Part shown: in pieces, positions 1 through 9,747 of the stretch
How the letters are laid out: the number at the start of each line of letters is the position of its first letter
How positions within the stretch are numbered: position 1 is the stretch's first letter
From: an uncultured Chloroflexia bacterium
GTDB taxonomy: Bacteria; Chloroflexota; Limnocylindria; QHBO01
DNA: 64,000 bases
NCBI GenBank assembly: GCA_963843015.1
Contig: CAWJIR010000012.1
Coordinates: 133,422-197,421 of the forward strand
Direction: 5' to 3'
The notes under the pieces: generated by a model
What the model saw: the letters and a program-made list of their open reading frames with translations, nothing else
Databases searched by the model: none
Told to the model about the DNA's origin: nothing
Translations under genes and position numbers: made by a program

Positions 1-185
1 TCGAGCCCGTTCGAGAAGCTGAAGAGCAGGTTCTTGCCCTGCGTCTCGATGGCCGTCACCGTCGCCCCCACCAGCCGCTCGGCCTGCGGCCCTGGCTGCC
101 GGGCGCGGGCGGCGGTCACCTCCCGACCGACCAGGTACGGGCGGAGACCGTTCGCGAATTTGACGAGTGAGTCGCCCTCAGGCAC
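1..185 (-). CDS. nei: Fpg/Nei-family DNA glycosylase, N-terminal fragment (gene runs off the left edge)
   Basis: GTG at 185. Translation is MPEGDSLVKFANGLRPYLVGREVTAARA...IETQGKNLLFSFSNGL, the catalytic N-terminus (Pro2/Glu3) and first beta-sandwich strands of Fpg/Nei. It overlaps the DUF1697 stop by 8 nt and is the last gene of the lhr operon. Confidence 0.7.
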   Translation of the reverse strand, partial: MPEGDSLVKFANGLRPYLVGREVTAARARQPGPQAERLVGATVTAIETQGKNLLFSFSNGL

Positions 186-735
186 CGGCAGCTCGGTTCA
201 GCCGATCCATAAGGGTCGTTGTCGTGGTCCAGCTGCGAATGGTCATCGACTTGTAGGCCGTCGTGCCCACGATCTTGTTCAGGCGGCTCTTCGTCCGTTG
301 CGCACTAAGGCGCTGGGAGTAGATCACGCCCTTGCCCGGCCGGATCGTGTCGACGCCGGGTCGGGGGTCGAACACGGCCATCGCGCTGGCCGAGTCGATG
401 CCGATCAGGAAGACGGCATCGCTGTGGTACTTCGTCGGATGCTCACCGAAGCCCTGCGGCTTGCCATCGATGACGGCCTTCAGCTGCCCACGGGTGAGCA
501 CCAGGACCGCGATGAGCTCGCTGTGCAGCTTGAAGGTCTTGGGCAGGGCTTCCTCGATCTGCGCCTTGATCTTCGCGGCTGTCATGCTGGAGCTCAGGAT
601 CACGTTGCCACTGGCGATGTAGGTCGAGACATCGGTGTAGCCCAACTCCTCGAGGAGCTGCCGCAAGCCCGCCATGGGCACGAGATTCTTACCGCCGACG
701 TTGATCCCGCGCAGCAACACGAGATAGGTCGTCAA
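178..735 (-). CDS. DUF1697 domain protein
   Basis: Intact 185-aa ORF. The N-terminus MTTYLVLLRGINVGGKNLVPMAGLRQLLEELGY is the DUF1697 signature. The TTG start overlaps the upstream stop (TTGA). Confidence 0.85.
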   Translation of the reverse strand: MTTYLVLLRGINVGGKNLVPMAGLRQLLEELGYTDVSTYIASGNVILSSSMTAAKIKAQIEEALPKTFKLHSELIAVLVLTRGQLKAVIDGKPQGFGEHPTKYHSDAVFLIGIDSASAMAVFDPRPGVDTIRPGKGVIYSQRLSAQRTKSRLNKIVGTTAYKSMTIRSWTTTTTLMDRLNRAAGA

Positions 736-1298
736 TGACGGACCAGGCGTAGGCGAGGTAGACGGCGCCTGAGGCGAACCGATGGGTATCGGTCAGCTCC
801 AGGCGCAGCGGCTGATCCAACGGCGGGAGGTATCGGGGTCCCGGCTCCGAGGATGACCGGGTGGACGACGACCCGGAACTCGTCGACAAGTCCCCGTCGG
901 ATGAACGATGCGGCCAGGGTGGCGCTGCCGACGTTGAGGTCGCCGTCGAATTCGGATCGAATGCGCGCCAGCTCCTCGGTCACGTCGCCGCGCACCAATC
1001 GGCTGTTCGGCCCGACCGACTCGAGGGTCGACGAGAAGACCACGATCGGCTTGGCCTTCCAGATCCGGCCGAACTCGCGCATCGGCTCGGTGGCCGATGG
1101 GTCGGTCTCGGAGGTCGGCCAGTACGCCGCCATGCCCTCGTACAGCCGCCGCCCATAGAGCGAGGCGTCGAACGACCGTTCCTGCTCGCCGAACCAGGTG
1201 TGCGTCTCGTCGTCAACGATGGCCCAGTCGAGCGAATGGTCGGGCGTCTCGATGTACCCATCGAGCGAGACGTTCAGGAGGTAGACCAGCTTGCCCAT
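732..1298 (-). CDS. RibD C-terminal domain / dihydrofolate-reductase-like protein (frameshifted as assembled)
   Basis: MGKLVYLLNVSLDGYIETPD...DLNVGSATLAASFIRRGLVDEFRVVVHPVILGAG fits the RibD_C family. The family-like C-terminus LRLELTDTHRFASGAVYLAYAW lies in the frame of ORF 689..889, so there is at least one indel near 840-870. Confidence 0.75.
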   Translation of the reverse strand: MGKLVYLLNVSLDGYIETPDHSLDWAIVDDETHTWFGEQERSFDASLYGRRLYEGMAAYWPTSETDPSATEPMREFGRIWKAKPIVVFSSTLESVGPNSRLVRGDVTEELARIRSEFDGDLNVGSATLAASFIRRGLVDEFRVVVHPVILGAGTPIPPAVGSAAAPGADRYPSVRLRRRLPRLRLVRH

Positions 1299-1304
1299 CG
1301 GCGG

Positions 1305-4300
1305 TCAGGTCCGGCGCAGGACGAGGCCGCGGTAGCCGGGCTCGAAGCCGGCGTCGAGGAGATCCTGGCGACGGGCAGCGGAGGCCACCGGCTCCCCGTC
1401 CACGCGCTTGATGACGAGCTCGCGGACACGGCCGTCGGCGACGAGGGTGCGCAGGGCCGGCACGGCGAGCCGGAGGGCGTCGAGGTCGTCGGCCGCGGGG
1501 AAGAGCTGGAGCGAGGCACCGCCGCGATCGAGGTACGCGACCGCGGTGCCGTCGACGAGCACGACGTACGCGCCCGCCGCCCGCTGGAACGGCCGCCGGT
1601 CGTCCTCGCCGCGCCGCGGCCAGGCGAGCGCGGCGCCGTACGGCTGGGCCGGGTCGGTGGCGGCGAGGAGCTGGACGACCGGTGCGCGTGGCATCGGCCT
1701 CGCGCACGGTGCGCAACCGCTCGAGGGCGCCGGCCAGCGCGAACTGGGCCGCGCCGAGACCCTCGACGAAGTAGCCGCGGCGGATCCGCCCCGCCTCCTC
1801 CATCGCGCGCAGGACCGGGTACGCGGCGGCGAAGCCGCCCTCGATGCCCTCGGAGATGACCGCCTCGCGGGTCACGACCCCGTGCCGCTCGAGCAGCGCG
1901 GTCGCCAGGGCGTGGGCACGCTCGGTGGCGGTCTGGCCCGTGCGCCTCGGACGCGCGGCTCGACGAGCGACCACCGCCCGGCCGCCTCGGGCGGGCCGAG
2001 GCTCGTCAGCCGCCCGGGCCGGCGCCGCGCGTCACGCCCGGGTCGCTTCCAGCGCAGCGCGCGGAGCGGCGCAAAGGTGTCGTTCGTGACCTCGCCCGAC
2101 CAGACCAGGTCCCAGAGCGCGTCGAGGACCTCCCGGTCGGTGCCGCCTCCGGCGGCCGCGTAGACCTCGCGGTAGAACGAGGCGCCGCGGCGGAACAGGT
2201 GCTCGCGGATCCGCTCGTGCCGGTCGCTCGACGGGCCGATCCGAATCGGCAACGGCCGCAGCGCCAGCGTTCGGCGCCACTCCCCGCCCGGGGCGGTGGA
2301 GCACGATCCGGCCGTCGTCGCGGCCGAGGCTCCCCCTGCCCGACCCACGCGACCTCGCCCATCGCGCCGAGCTCGTCGAGGAGCGTCGGCTGGTAGCCGG
2401 CGATGCGGGCCGGGAGGACGTCGCGCTCGAGGACACTGGCCGGGATCGGGACGCCGGCGAGCTGGTCGACGACCTCGGCCAGCCGCTCGAGGGCCGCGGA
2501 ATGGGACAGGGCCGGCGGAGCCTGACCGATGGGCGCAATCCCGTGCCACGCCGGCAGGAACCGGGCGAGGGCGGTCTGCTCGACCGGCTCCACTTCCCGG
2601 CGGAGGCGGGCCAGCGACCGCCGCCGCACGAGGCGCAGGACGTCCGGGTCGCACCACTCGCGCTCCGCCCCGCCCGGACGGAACTCGCCCGCGCAGGACG
2701 GTGCCCGGCGGCGTGCAACCGCTCCAACGCATCCTCGACCGGGGCGACCGGCATGCCCCAGCGCGCCGCCGGGGCCGGGGTCAGGAACGGTCCATGGGTC
2801 CGGGCCCAGCGGGCGAGGAGCCCATCGAGGGCCTGGACGACCGGACCCAGGAAGGCATCCGGGACGCCGAGCGGCGGCTGGACGCCGAGCCCATCGCGGT
2901 AGCGGGCCGCATCCTCGATCGCGATCCACCGCTCCTCGCCCGGCGATCCGGACCTGCACCGCCCGCCGCGAGTCGGCGAGCGACTTGCAGCCAACCTTCG
3001 GCGGCGGCAGCCGCGCCGCCTCGGCGCCGCCCTCGACGCGGGCCGCGGCTTCATCGGTCGAGAGGTCGCCCAGCCGGCGCAGGAGGTCATGGAGGCCATC
3101 GGCGCTCGTGGCCTTGCGCTCATCGGTCAGGGCCTGGAGGGAGAGCTCGAGGTCCGCCAGCGCCCCGGGATCGATGAGCTCGCGCAGCTCCTCCTGGCCG
3201 AGCAGCTCGCGGAGGAGGTCGCGGTCCAGGGTCAGCGCCTGGGCCCGCCGCTCGGCGAGCGGCGCGTCGCCCTCGTACATGTAGATCGCGACGTAGTCGA
3301 ACAGGAGCGAGCTCGCGAACGGCGAGGCCTTCACGGTCTCGACCGAATGGACCGATATCTCCCGGCGCTGGACACCGGCCAGGACCTCCCGCAGGGCCGG
3401 CAGGTCGAAGACGTCCGAGAGGCACTCGCGGTAGGTCTCGACCAGGATCGGGAAGCTCCCGTAGCGCGACGCGACGGCCAGCAGGTCCGCCGCGCGCTGC
3501 CGTTGCTGCCACAACGGGGTCCGGGTTCCGGGACGACGGCGCGGCAGCAGGAGCGCCCGGGTCGCGTTCTCCCGGAAGCGGGAGCGCGAACAGCGACGAG
3601 TTCGCGACCTGGGCGACGACCAGGTCCTCGATCTCCTCCGGATCGGGGAAGAGGGCGTCCTCGAGGCCGTCGACCGATGGCCTCGGCCTCCGGCAGGCGG
3701 ATCGCGATCCCGTCGTCGGACCAGATGGTCTGGATCTCGGTCCCGAGCCGCTCCCCGAGCCGGGCCTCGATCGCCAGCGACCAGGCGGCGTGGATCCGGC
3801 CGCCGAACGGCGAGAGCAGGACGAGCCGCCAGTCCCCCAGCTCGTCGCGGAAGCGCTCGACCGTGATCCGCTGGTCGGTGGGCAGGGCGCCCGCCACCTG
3901 GCGCTCCTCCTCGAGGTAGGCGACGAGGTTCTCGGCGGCCAGGGCATCGAGGTCGTTCCGCTCGCGCAGGCGGGCCAGCGCCGCCCGGCGTCCGGCGGCG
4001 CCGCGGGCGAGATCGGTCTCCAGCTCCCGGGTCAGGGCACCCACCGCCCGGCCGACCTCGATCGGCCGGCCGACGGCGTCCCCCTTCCAGAACGGCAGCT
4101 TGCCGGGCTCGCCGGGAGCCGGGCTGACGAGCACCTGGTTCGGCTCGATGGCCTCCACCCGCCAGGACGTCGCGCCCAGGGTGACGACCTCGCCGGTCCG
4201 CGTCTCGTACACCATCTCCTCGTCCAGCTCGCCGACCCGGCGGCCGGGCGTGCCGGGCTCCCCCACCAGCATCACCGGGAAGAGGCCGCGATCCGGGATC

Positions 4301-5866
4301 GTGCCGCCGCTGGTGACCGCCACCACCCGGGCGTCACGCCGGCCCTCGACGATATCGGTCACCCGGTCCCAGGTGATCCGCGGCCGGAGCTCGGCGAACT
4401 CGTCGGACGGATAGGCGCCGGCCAGCATCCCGAGCACGCCCTCGAGGACCTCGCGGGACAGCGTCTCGAACGGCGCGGCGCGGGTCACCAGGCCATGCAG
4501 CTCGTCCACCGTGTATCGGTCCATGACGGTCATGGCGACCAGCTGCTGGGCGAGGACGTCGAGCGGGTTGCGGGGCAGGCGGGTCTCCTCGATGGCGCCG
4601 GCGTGCATCCGCTCGGTGACCACCGCGCACTCGAGGAGGTCGCCGCGGTACTTCGGGAAGATGACGCCCTTCGACGGCGCCCCCACCTGGTGCCCGGCCC
4701 GACCGATCCGCTGGAGGCCGCGCGAGACCGATGTCGGCGACTCGACCTGGACGACGAGGTCGACCGCCCCCATGTCGATCCCGAGCTCGAGCGAGCTCGT
4801 CGCCACCAGCGCCGGCAGGTGGCCGTTCTTCAGCTCCTCCTCGATCTGGAGGCGCTGCTCGCGGGCGATCGAGCCGTGGTGGGCCCGGACGAGGTCCTCG
4901 CCGGCCAGCTCGTTCAGGCGCTGGGAGAGCCGCTCGGCGAGGCGCCGGCTGTTGGTGAAGACGATCGTGGACCGATGCTCGCGGATGAGCTCGAGGATCC
5001 GGGGGTGGATCGAGGGCCAGATGCTCGTCCGCGCCTCCGGGTTCGTGGCCGGGCCGCCGGGCTGCTCCTCGAGGGGCAGGACCTCGCCCAGGCGGGCCAT
5101 GTCCTCGACCGGCACGACGACCTGGAGGTCGAGCGCTTTGCGGGTGCCGGCGTCGACGATCGTGACCTCGCGGTCCGGGCCGGCGCCGCCGAGGAATCGG
5201 GCGATCGTCTCGAGGGGCTTCTGGGTGGCGGACAGACCGATGCGCTGCGCGGGCGCAGCGCCTTCCGGGCGGAGCTGCTCGAGGCGCTCGAGGCTGAGCG
5301 CCAGGTGCGCGCCGCGCTTCGTGCCGGCGATGGCGTGGACCTCGTCGACGATGACGTGCTCGACGCCGCGCAGGATCTCGCGGGCCTGGCTGGTCAGGAG
5401 CAGGTAGAGGCTCTCCGGGGTCGTGACCAGGATGTCGGGCGGGTGCCGGGTGAGCTGGCGCCGGTCCTCCTGGGGCGTGTCCCCGGTCCGCGTGGCGAGG
5501 GTGATCTCCGGCCTCGGCTCGCCCAGCCGTTCCGCCGCCAGCGCGATGCCGGCCAGCGGTGCGCGGAGGTTCCGCTCGATGTCGTAGGCGAGGGCCTTCA
5601 GCGGGGAGATGTAGAGGACCCGGACGGTCCCCGGCTGTGCGTCACGCGGCCGGGGGTCGCGGGCCAGCCGGTCCAGCATCCAGAGGAAGGCCGCCAGGGT
5701 CTTGCCGCTCCCGGTCGGGGCGTGGATGAGCGTGTGCTGGCCCTGGGAGATCGCGGCCCAGCCCTCGGTCTGGGCCTGCGGTCGGCGCCTCGAACGTCGC
5801 CGCGAACCACTCCCGGACAGCCGGACTGAAGGGCGCGAGAGGATCGACGGCGGGCGGCGCGACCAC
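1305..5866 (-). CDS. lhr: Lhr-type large ATP-dependent DNA helicase (about 1500 aa, heavily frameshifted as assembled)
   Basis: Helicase motifs are present: HAPTGSGKT (just upstream of the M of ORF 3331..5679), VIVDEVHAI, LSATQ, HHGSIAREQR, QRIGRAGH. Lhr-specific downstream regions continue in ORFs 3120..3947, 2006..3514, 2032..3123, 1872..2732, 1213..1974 and 1305..1694. The N-terminus LAPFSPAVREWFAATFEAPT is in ORF 5642..5866 (GTG start). At least ten frame changes are needed. Confidence 0.85.
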
Positions 5867-5876
5867 GGGGACGGCG

Positions 5877-5914
5877 AGTATAGAACCGACGCTGGATTTA
5901 GACCAAACGTTCTA
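5877..5914 (-). promoter_or_regulatory. Putative lhr promoter (-10 TATACT, leaderless-type) with an overlapping SOS-box-like palindrome TAGAAC-N4-GGTCTA
   Basis: Minus strand reads TAGAACGTTTGGTCTAAATCCAGCGTCGGTTCTATACTCGCCGTCCCCGTG. TATACT ends 10 nt before the GTG start and no Shine-Dalgarno is present. The 16-bp near-palindrome (5899-5914) sits over the -35 position, and a further GTTCTA half-site abuts the -10. Confidence 0.4.
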
Positions 5915-6161
5915 GCGGATCGGCGTCCCGACGTCGCGTAGGTCCCTGAGCTCCTGCGGCAGTAGGGCTTCCCGCTTTCGCCGGAGATCTTTGTTCGACC
6001 GATCCGAAGCCGCAGCCCGGGCTGGCTAGATCCGTTCTGCGATGGGACGAGCTAGCCTCAAGGCATCATCTTCTGAGCCAAGGCCCGTGGCCTTCAATGA
6101 GGTCGGACCTAATCGCGCGGAAGTCCCGCCAGTGACCTATCTCAGCTTCCGCTCGATCAGC

Positions 6162-7026
6162 TCAAGTGACGTGTGACCAAGGCCCTCGGATGCCGTCGGG
6201 CCTGCCGCGTACCCGTTGGGCTTGTCGGGAACCTTCCCGTTCCGGCGGCATCCTCGAAGTCTCCAGCACGTCAGCCGCCCCATTGCTTCGCCGGACCGAG
6301 TCAGCGTCGCCGCAGACAACAAGCCGGAACGCCGGCAAGTTGCGCGACTCGGGAATGCGTTCTTCGAAGATCCGAGGAGCTCGTCCGAAGTACCAGGCCT
6401 GGTCTTCCTTTCCAGCGTGGAACCGGTCCCACAGCGTCTCCCCCCGCGGCCAGTCGACGGCCATGGACCGCGCGTTGTGGAGCTTGTCGGCGAGCGAGAT
6501 GCGCAGGACTGATTCGGGTTCCGTCTCGAGGCGTTCGAGGTAGCGCTCCTTCCGCGGCCGCCAGGCCTCCTTCTCTTCGTCCCCGGAGGTCATCGAGTCG
6601 CTCAGGCCCTCCACCATCCCGGCGACCTCGTCGCCGAATCGTCGGCGGATCTCGGCCAGCACAGGCTCCCCGCCTTGGTCCTCCGGCCCGTCGTGCAGGA
6701 GCGCGGCGATCGCCTCGTCCTCGGTCCCGCCGTCCTCGAGCACCAGGCTGCAGACGGCGAACAGATGCGTGACGTACGGAATCGCCGTGCCCTTCCGGGC
6801 CTGGTTGCGGTGGAGCTCCACGCATTTCGTCGAAGAACGACTCATCGAAGACGGGCCAGCTTTCCCAGTGCTCCCGGCAATAGGAGGCTGGGCAGTTCGG
6901 GCACCAGAACGGCACCATCTCATCATCGATCCGGTACAGCTCCCGCGCGTCCCCTTCGCCAATGGCCTTCATTACCCGCGGCACGTTGAACTCATGCCAT
7001 GCCAGCTCGACGAACCAGCAGCGCAT
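6162..7026 (-). CDS. HD-domain (RelA/SpoT-hydrolase-like) phosphohydrolase, possibly with a Cys-rich N-terminal extension (frameshifted near 6835-6850)
   Basis: HRNQARKGTAIPYVTHLFAVCSLVLEDGGTEDEAIAALLHDGPED shows the H..HD..D pattern. The family-typical N-terminal helix (PVFDESFFDE) is in the adjacent frame, which continues upstream as MRCWFVELAWHEFNVPRVMKAIGEGDARELYRIDDEMVPFWCPNCPASYCREHW. The start and the 3' end (6137 vs 6162) are uncertain. Confidence 0.6.
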
Positions 7027-7199
7027 GATCAGGCGGGCCGACTCGGCGTCCTGGTTCCTGGACAATGGATGGTGAGTTCGGGCACTGGGTCGCGCGGGTC
7101 CGGAGAAACGACCTCGCCCGGCGCGTACAGGATCATCCGTCCAGCCTCGTTGCCGCATGCCTGACAGACGAAGACGTGCTCGAATCACCGCTATGAAGC

Positions 7200-7661
7200 C
7201 TACTCCTCGCCGATGTCCTCGTTCCAGATCTCCGGATGGGCGGCGATGAACTCGTTCATGAGCTCGACGCATTCCGCGGAGTCGAGGTTGACGACCTCCA
7301 CTCCCCGCGCCCGCAGGTAGTCCTCGCCACCCACGAACGTGCGGTTCTCGCCCATCACCACCCGTGGGATGCCGTACAGGAGGATGGCGCCGGTGCACAT
7401 GTCGCACGGCGACAGGGTGGTGTACATGGTGGCCTGCCGGTAGACCGCCGCCGGCAGCCGGCCGGTGTTCTCGAGGGCATCGGTCTCGCCATGGCGGATG
7501 GCGCTGTTCTGCTGAACCCTCCGGTTGTGGCCGACGCCCAGGACGGTGCCGTCATCGGCAACCAGCGCGCCGCCGATGGGCACGCCGCCCTCGTCGCGGC
7601 CGATCCGGGCCTGGGCGATGGCGAGGGCCAGGAACTCGTGGTCGCGGTCGCGGATGGTCAT
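7200..7661 (-). CDS. Cytosine deaminase, yeast Fcy1-like (CMP/dCMP-type zinc deaminase fold)
   Basis: Intact 153 aa. HGETDALEN...TLSPCDMCTGAILLYGIPRVVMGEN...WNEDIGEE aligns by eye along its whole length with S. cerevisiae Fcy1 (HGE...PCDMC zinc ligands and the C-terminal WFEDIGE tail). Confidence 0.85.
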   Translation of the reverse strand: MTIRDRDHEFLALAIAQARIGRDEGGVPIGGALVADDGTVLGVGHNRRVQQNSAIRHGETDALENTGRLPAAVYRQATMYTTLSPCDMCTGAILLYGIPRVVMGENRTFVGGEDYLRARGVEVVNLDSAECVELMNEFIAAHPEIWNEDIGEE

Positions 7662-7700
7662 CGGTCTGTCGGTCCTCCGTGCGGGCTCGTGGGTTGAGAA

Positions 7701-8615
7701 TCAGCTGCGGCGGTACGGCTTGAGGTAGGCGCCAGGGTAGGCAACGTTGCGGCCGGAGATGGCCAGCGCGGCGATGACCACCAGGTAGGGCAGGGCCAGC
7801 AGCACCTCGAACGGCAGGTCGCCGAAGCCGGGCAGGATCCGGAGCCGGAACTGGAGCGAGAAGATCAGCGAGAAGATCAGCGCGCCCAGCACACCGCGCC
7901 CGATCCGCCAGCGACCGAAGATGACGAGCGCCACGCACACCCAGCCGCGGCCGGCGATGATGTCCAGGGTGAAGCTGCCCAGCAGGGCGAGGGTGATGAA
8001 GGCGCCGCCGACGGCCATCAGCGCGCCGCCGATCATCAGCGCCAGGTAGCGGGTGCGGGCCACGTTCACCCCGGCGGCATCGGCGGCCTCGGGGTTCTCG
8101 CCCACCGCGCGCACCTCCAGGCCGAAGCTCGAGCGCTGGAGGATGTACCACGCCACCGGCACGACGATCAGGAAGGCGATCCAGGTCAGGAGGTACTGGT
8201 CGAAGATGGCGCCGATCTCGCCCAGGCCGTCGAAGGGGTTGACGATCGGCATGGGCTCGATCTGCTGCAGCTCGCCGCCCTGGAAGAGGAGCCGATTGGT
8301 GAACTCCGACAGGCCGATCAGCGTGATGGTCAGACCGATGCCCGAGACGTGCTGGTTGGCGCCGAGGGTCACCGTCAGGAGGGCCATGATGGCCCCCGCC
8401 CCGAGGCCCACCACGATGGCGGCCGCCAGGCCGAGCAGCGGCGAGCCGGTGGCCCAGGCGGTGGCGAAGCCGGCGAAGGCGCCGGCGTACATGGTGCCCT
8501 CGATGCCCAGGTTCAGGACCCCGCTGCGCTCGGCGTACGTCTCGCCGACCGTGCCGTAGACGAGGGGCGTGGCGTTCCGCAGGGTGGCGGCCAGCAGGTC
8601 GACGAGGAATGTCAT
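7701..8615 (-). CDS. ABC transporter permease (BMP/nucleoside-type, YufQ/NupQ-like)
   Basis: Intact 304-aa polytopic ORF. LVYGTVGETYAERSGVLNLGIEGTMYAGAF is typical of BMP-family uptake permeases. Confidence 0.85.
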   Translation of the reverse strand: MTFLVDLLAATLRNATPLVYGTVGETYAERSGVLNLGIEGTMYAGAFAGFATAWATGSPLLGLAAAIVVGLGAGAIMALLTVTLGANQHVSGIGLTITLIGLSEFTNRLLFQGGELQQIEPMPIVNPFDGLGEIGAIFDQYLLTWIAFLIVVPVAWYILQRSSFGLEVRAVGENPEAADAAGVNVARTRYLALMIGGALMAVGGAFITLALLGSFTLDIIAGRGWVCVALVIFGRWRIGRGVLGALIFSLIFSLQFRLRILPGFGDLPFEVLLALPYLVVIAALAISGRNVAYPGAYLKPYRRS

Positions 8616-8655
8616 CCGGGTTGGGCCTCCGCCGCGACGCGCTCAGCCCGCGACG

Positions 8656-9729
8656 TCAGCCGGGCCCTCCGAGCGCGCCCTCCTCCGGGCGGGTTGGCCG
8701 GAACCGATAGCGCCTGAGCGCCAGGAGGGCGACCGTGGTCAGGAGGAGCACGCCCTGGAACACCGCACCGAGCTGGGACGGGATGCCCAGCGAGCGGGAG
8801 GCCGTGCTGGCCCCGACGGCGAGGTCGCCCAGGAACAGGGCCGCGAGGGCCACCCCGGGCATGGTCAGCGTCCCCAGGGTGGCGACCACGATCCCGGTGT
8901 AGCCGTAGCCCGGCGATAAGCCGCTGGTGAGCCGGTGCTGGATGCCGGCCACCTCGCTCACTCCGGCCAGCCCGGCGATGGCGCCGCTGACGAGGGCCGC
9001 CGCGAGCAGCGTCCGGCCGACGTTGATCCCGGCGAAGCGCGCCCCGTGGGGGCTCAGGCCGACGGCCCGCAGCCGCAGCCCGGCCGGGGTGCGGGCCAGG
9101 ACGTACCAGGCGATGACGATGACGGCCATCGCCAGCAGGAAGCCGAGGTGCAGCCGGGAGCGCTCGAGGAGCTGCGGGAACTCGGCCACCGCCGCGATGC
9201 GCGGCGACTCGGGGAAGCCGGTGACCGGGTCGCGCCACGGGCCGTGGAGCAGGCCGTTCACCAGCAGCAGCGCCACCGGGTTGAGGAGGAGGGTGGTGAC
9301 CACCTCGTCGATCCCGAACCGGATGCGGAGGAGGGCGGGCACCAGGACCCAGGCCGCGCCGGCCAGCGCCCCGGCGACGATCATGGCCGTCAGGGCCGCG
9401 ATGGGCGGCCACCCGCCGACCACCTGGCCCACCCCGGCGGCGGCGATGGCGCCCAGCAGGAGCTGGCCCTCGGCACCGATGTTCCAGAAGCCGGCCCGGA
9501 AGGCGATGGCCACCGCCGCCCCGGTGAGGAGGATGGGAGTGGCGGTGACGAGAACCTCGATCGCCGTGAAGCTGCTCGTGAGTGGGCCGATCACGAACTG
9601 GTAGTACGCCTCGATGGGGTTCGCGCCGGCCAGCAGGATGGGTACGGCGGTGATGGCGAACGTGATCAGGATGGCCTCCAGCACCAGGACCGGCGTGGAC
9701 CAGCGGGAGAGGTGGAATCGGCTCCGCAT
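8656..9729 (-). CDS. ABC transporter permease (BMP/nucleoside-type, YufP/NupP-like)
   Basis: Intact 357-aa polytopic ORF. It carries the motif AFRAGFWNIGAEGQLLLGAI. Confidence 0.85.
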   Translation of the reverse strand: MRSRFHLSRWSTPVLVLEAILITFAITAVPILLAGANPIEAYYQFVIGPLTSSFTAIEVLVTATPILLTGAAVAIAFRAGFWNIGAEGQLLLGAIAAAGVGQVVGGWPPIAALTAMIVAGALAGAAWVLVPALLRIRFGIDEVVTTLLLNPVALLLVNGLLHGPWRDPVTGFPESPRIAAVAEFPQLLERSRLHLGFLLAMAVIVIAWYVLARTPAGLRLRAVGLSPHGARFAGINVGRTLLAAALVSGAIAGLAGVSEVAGIQHRLTSGLSPGYGYTGIVVATLGTLTMPGVALAALFLGDLAVGASTASRSLGIPSQLGAVFQGVLLLTTVALLALRRYRFRPTRPEEGALGGPG

Positions 9730-9747
9730 CCGCAGCGCGCTCGCGCA

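Noticed and set aside
3790-5829. Very long ORFs antisense to recognisable genes: 3790..5829(+) 679 aa, 9614..12265(+) 883 aa, 12429..13802(+), 24653..26143(+), 50001..51158(-), 55162..56469(+), 57428..58669(+), 60725..62353(-).
   Set aside because: Their composition is Arg/Gly/Pro/Ala/His-dominated with no family motifs. Each lies opposite a gene with clear signatures. In DNA this GC-rich, off-frames and antisense frames rarely contain stops, so length alone is not evidence.
6088-6106. AAGGCC-CGT-GGCCTT hairpin as a terminator downstream of the HD gene.
   Set aside because: The stem is short, no U-tract follows on either strand, and the true 3' end of the HD gene is itself uncertain.
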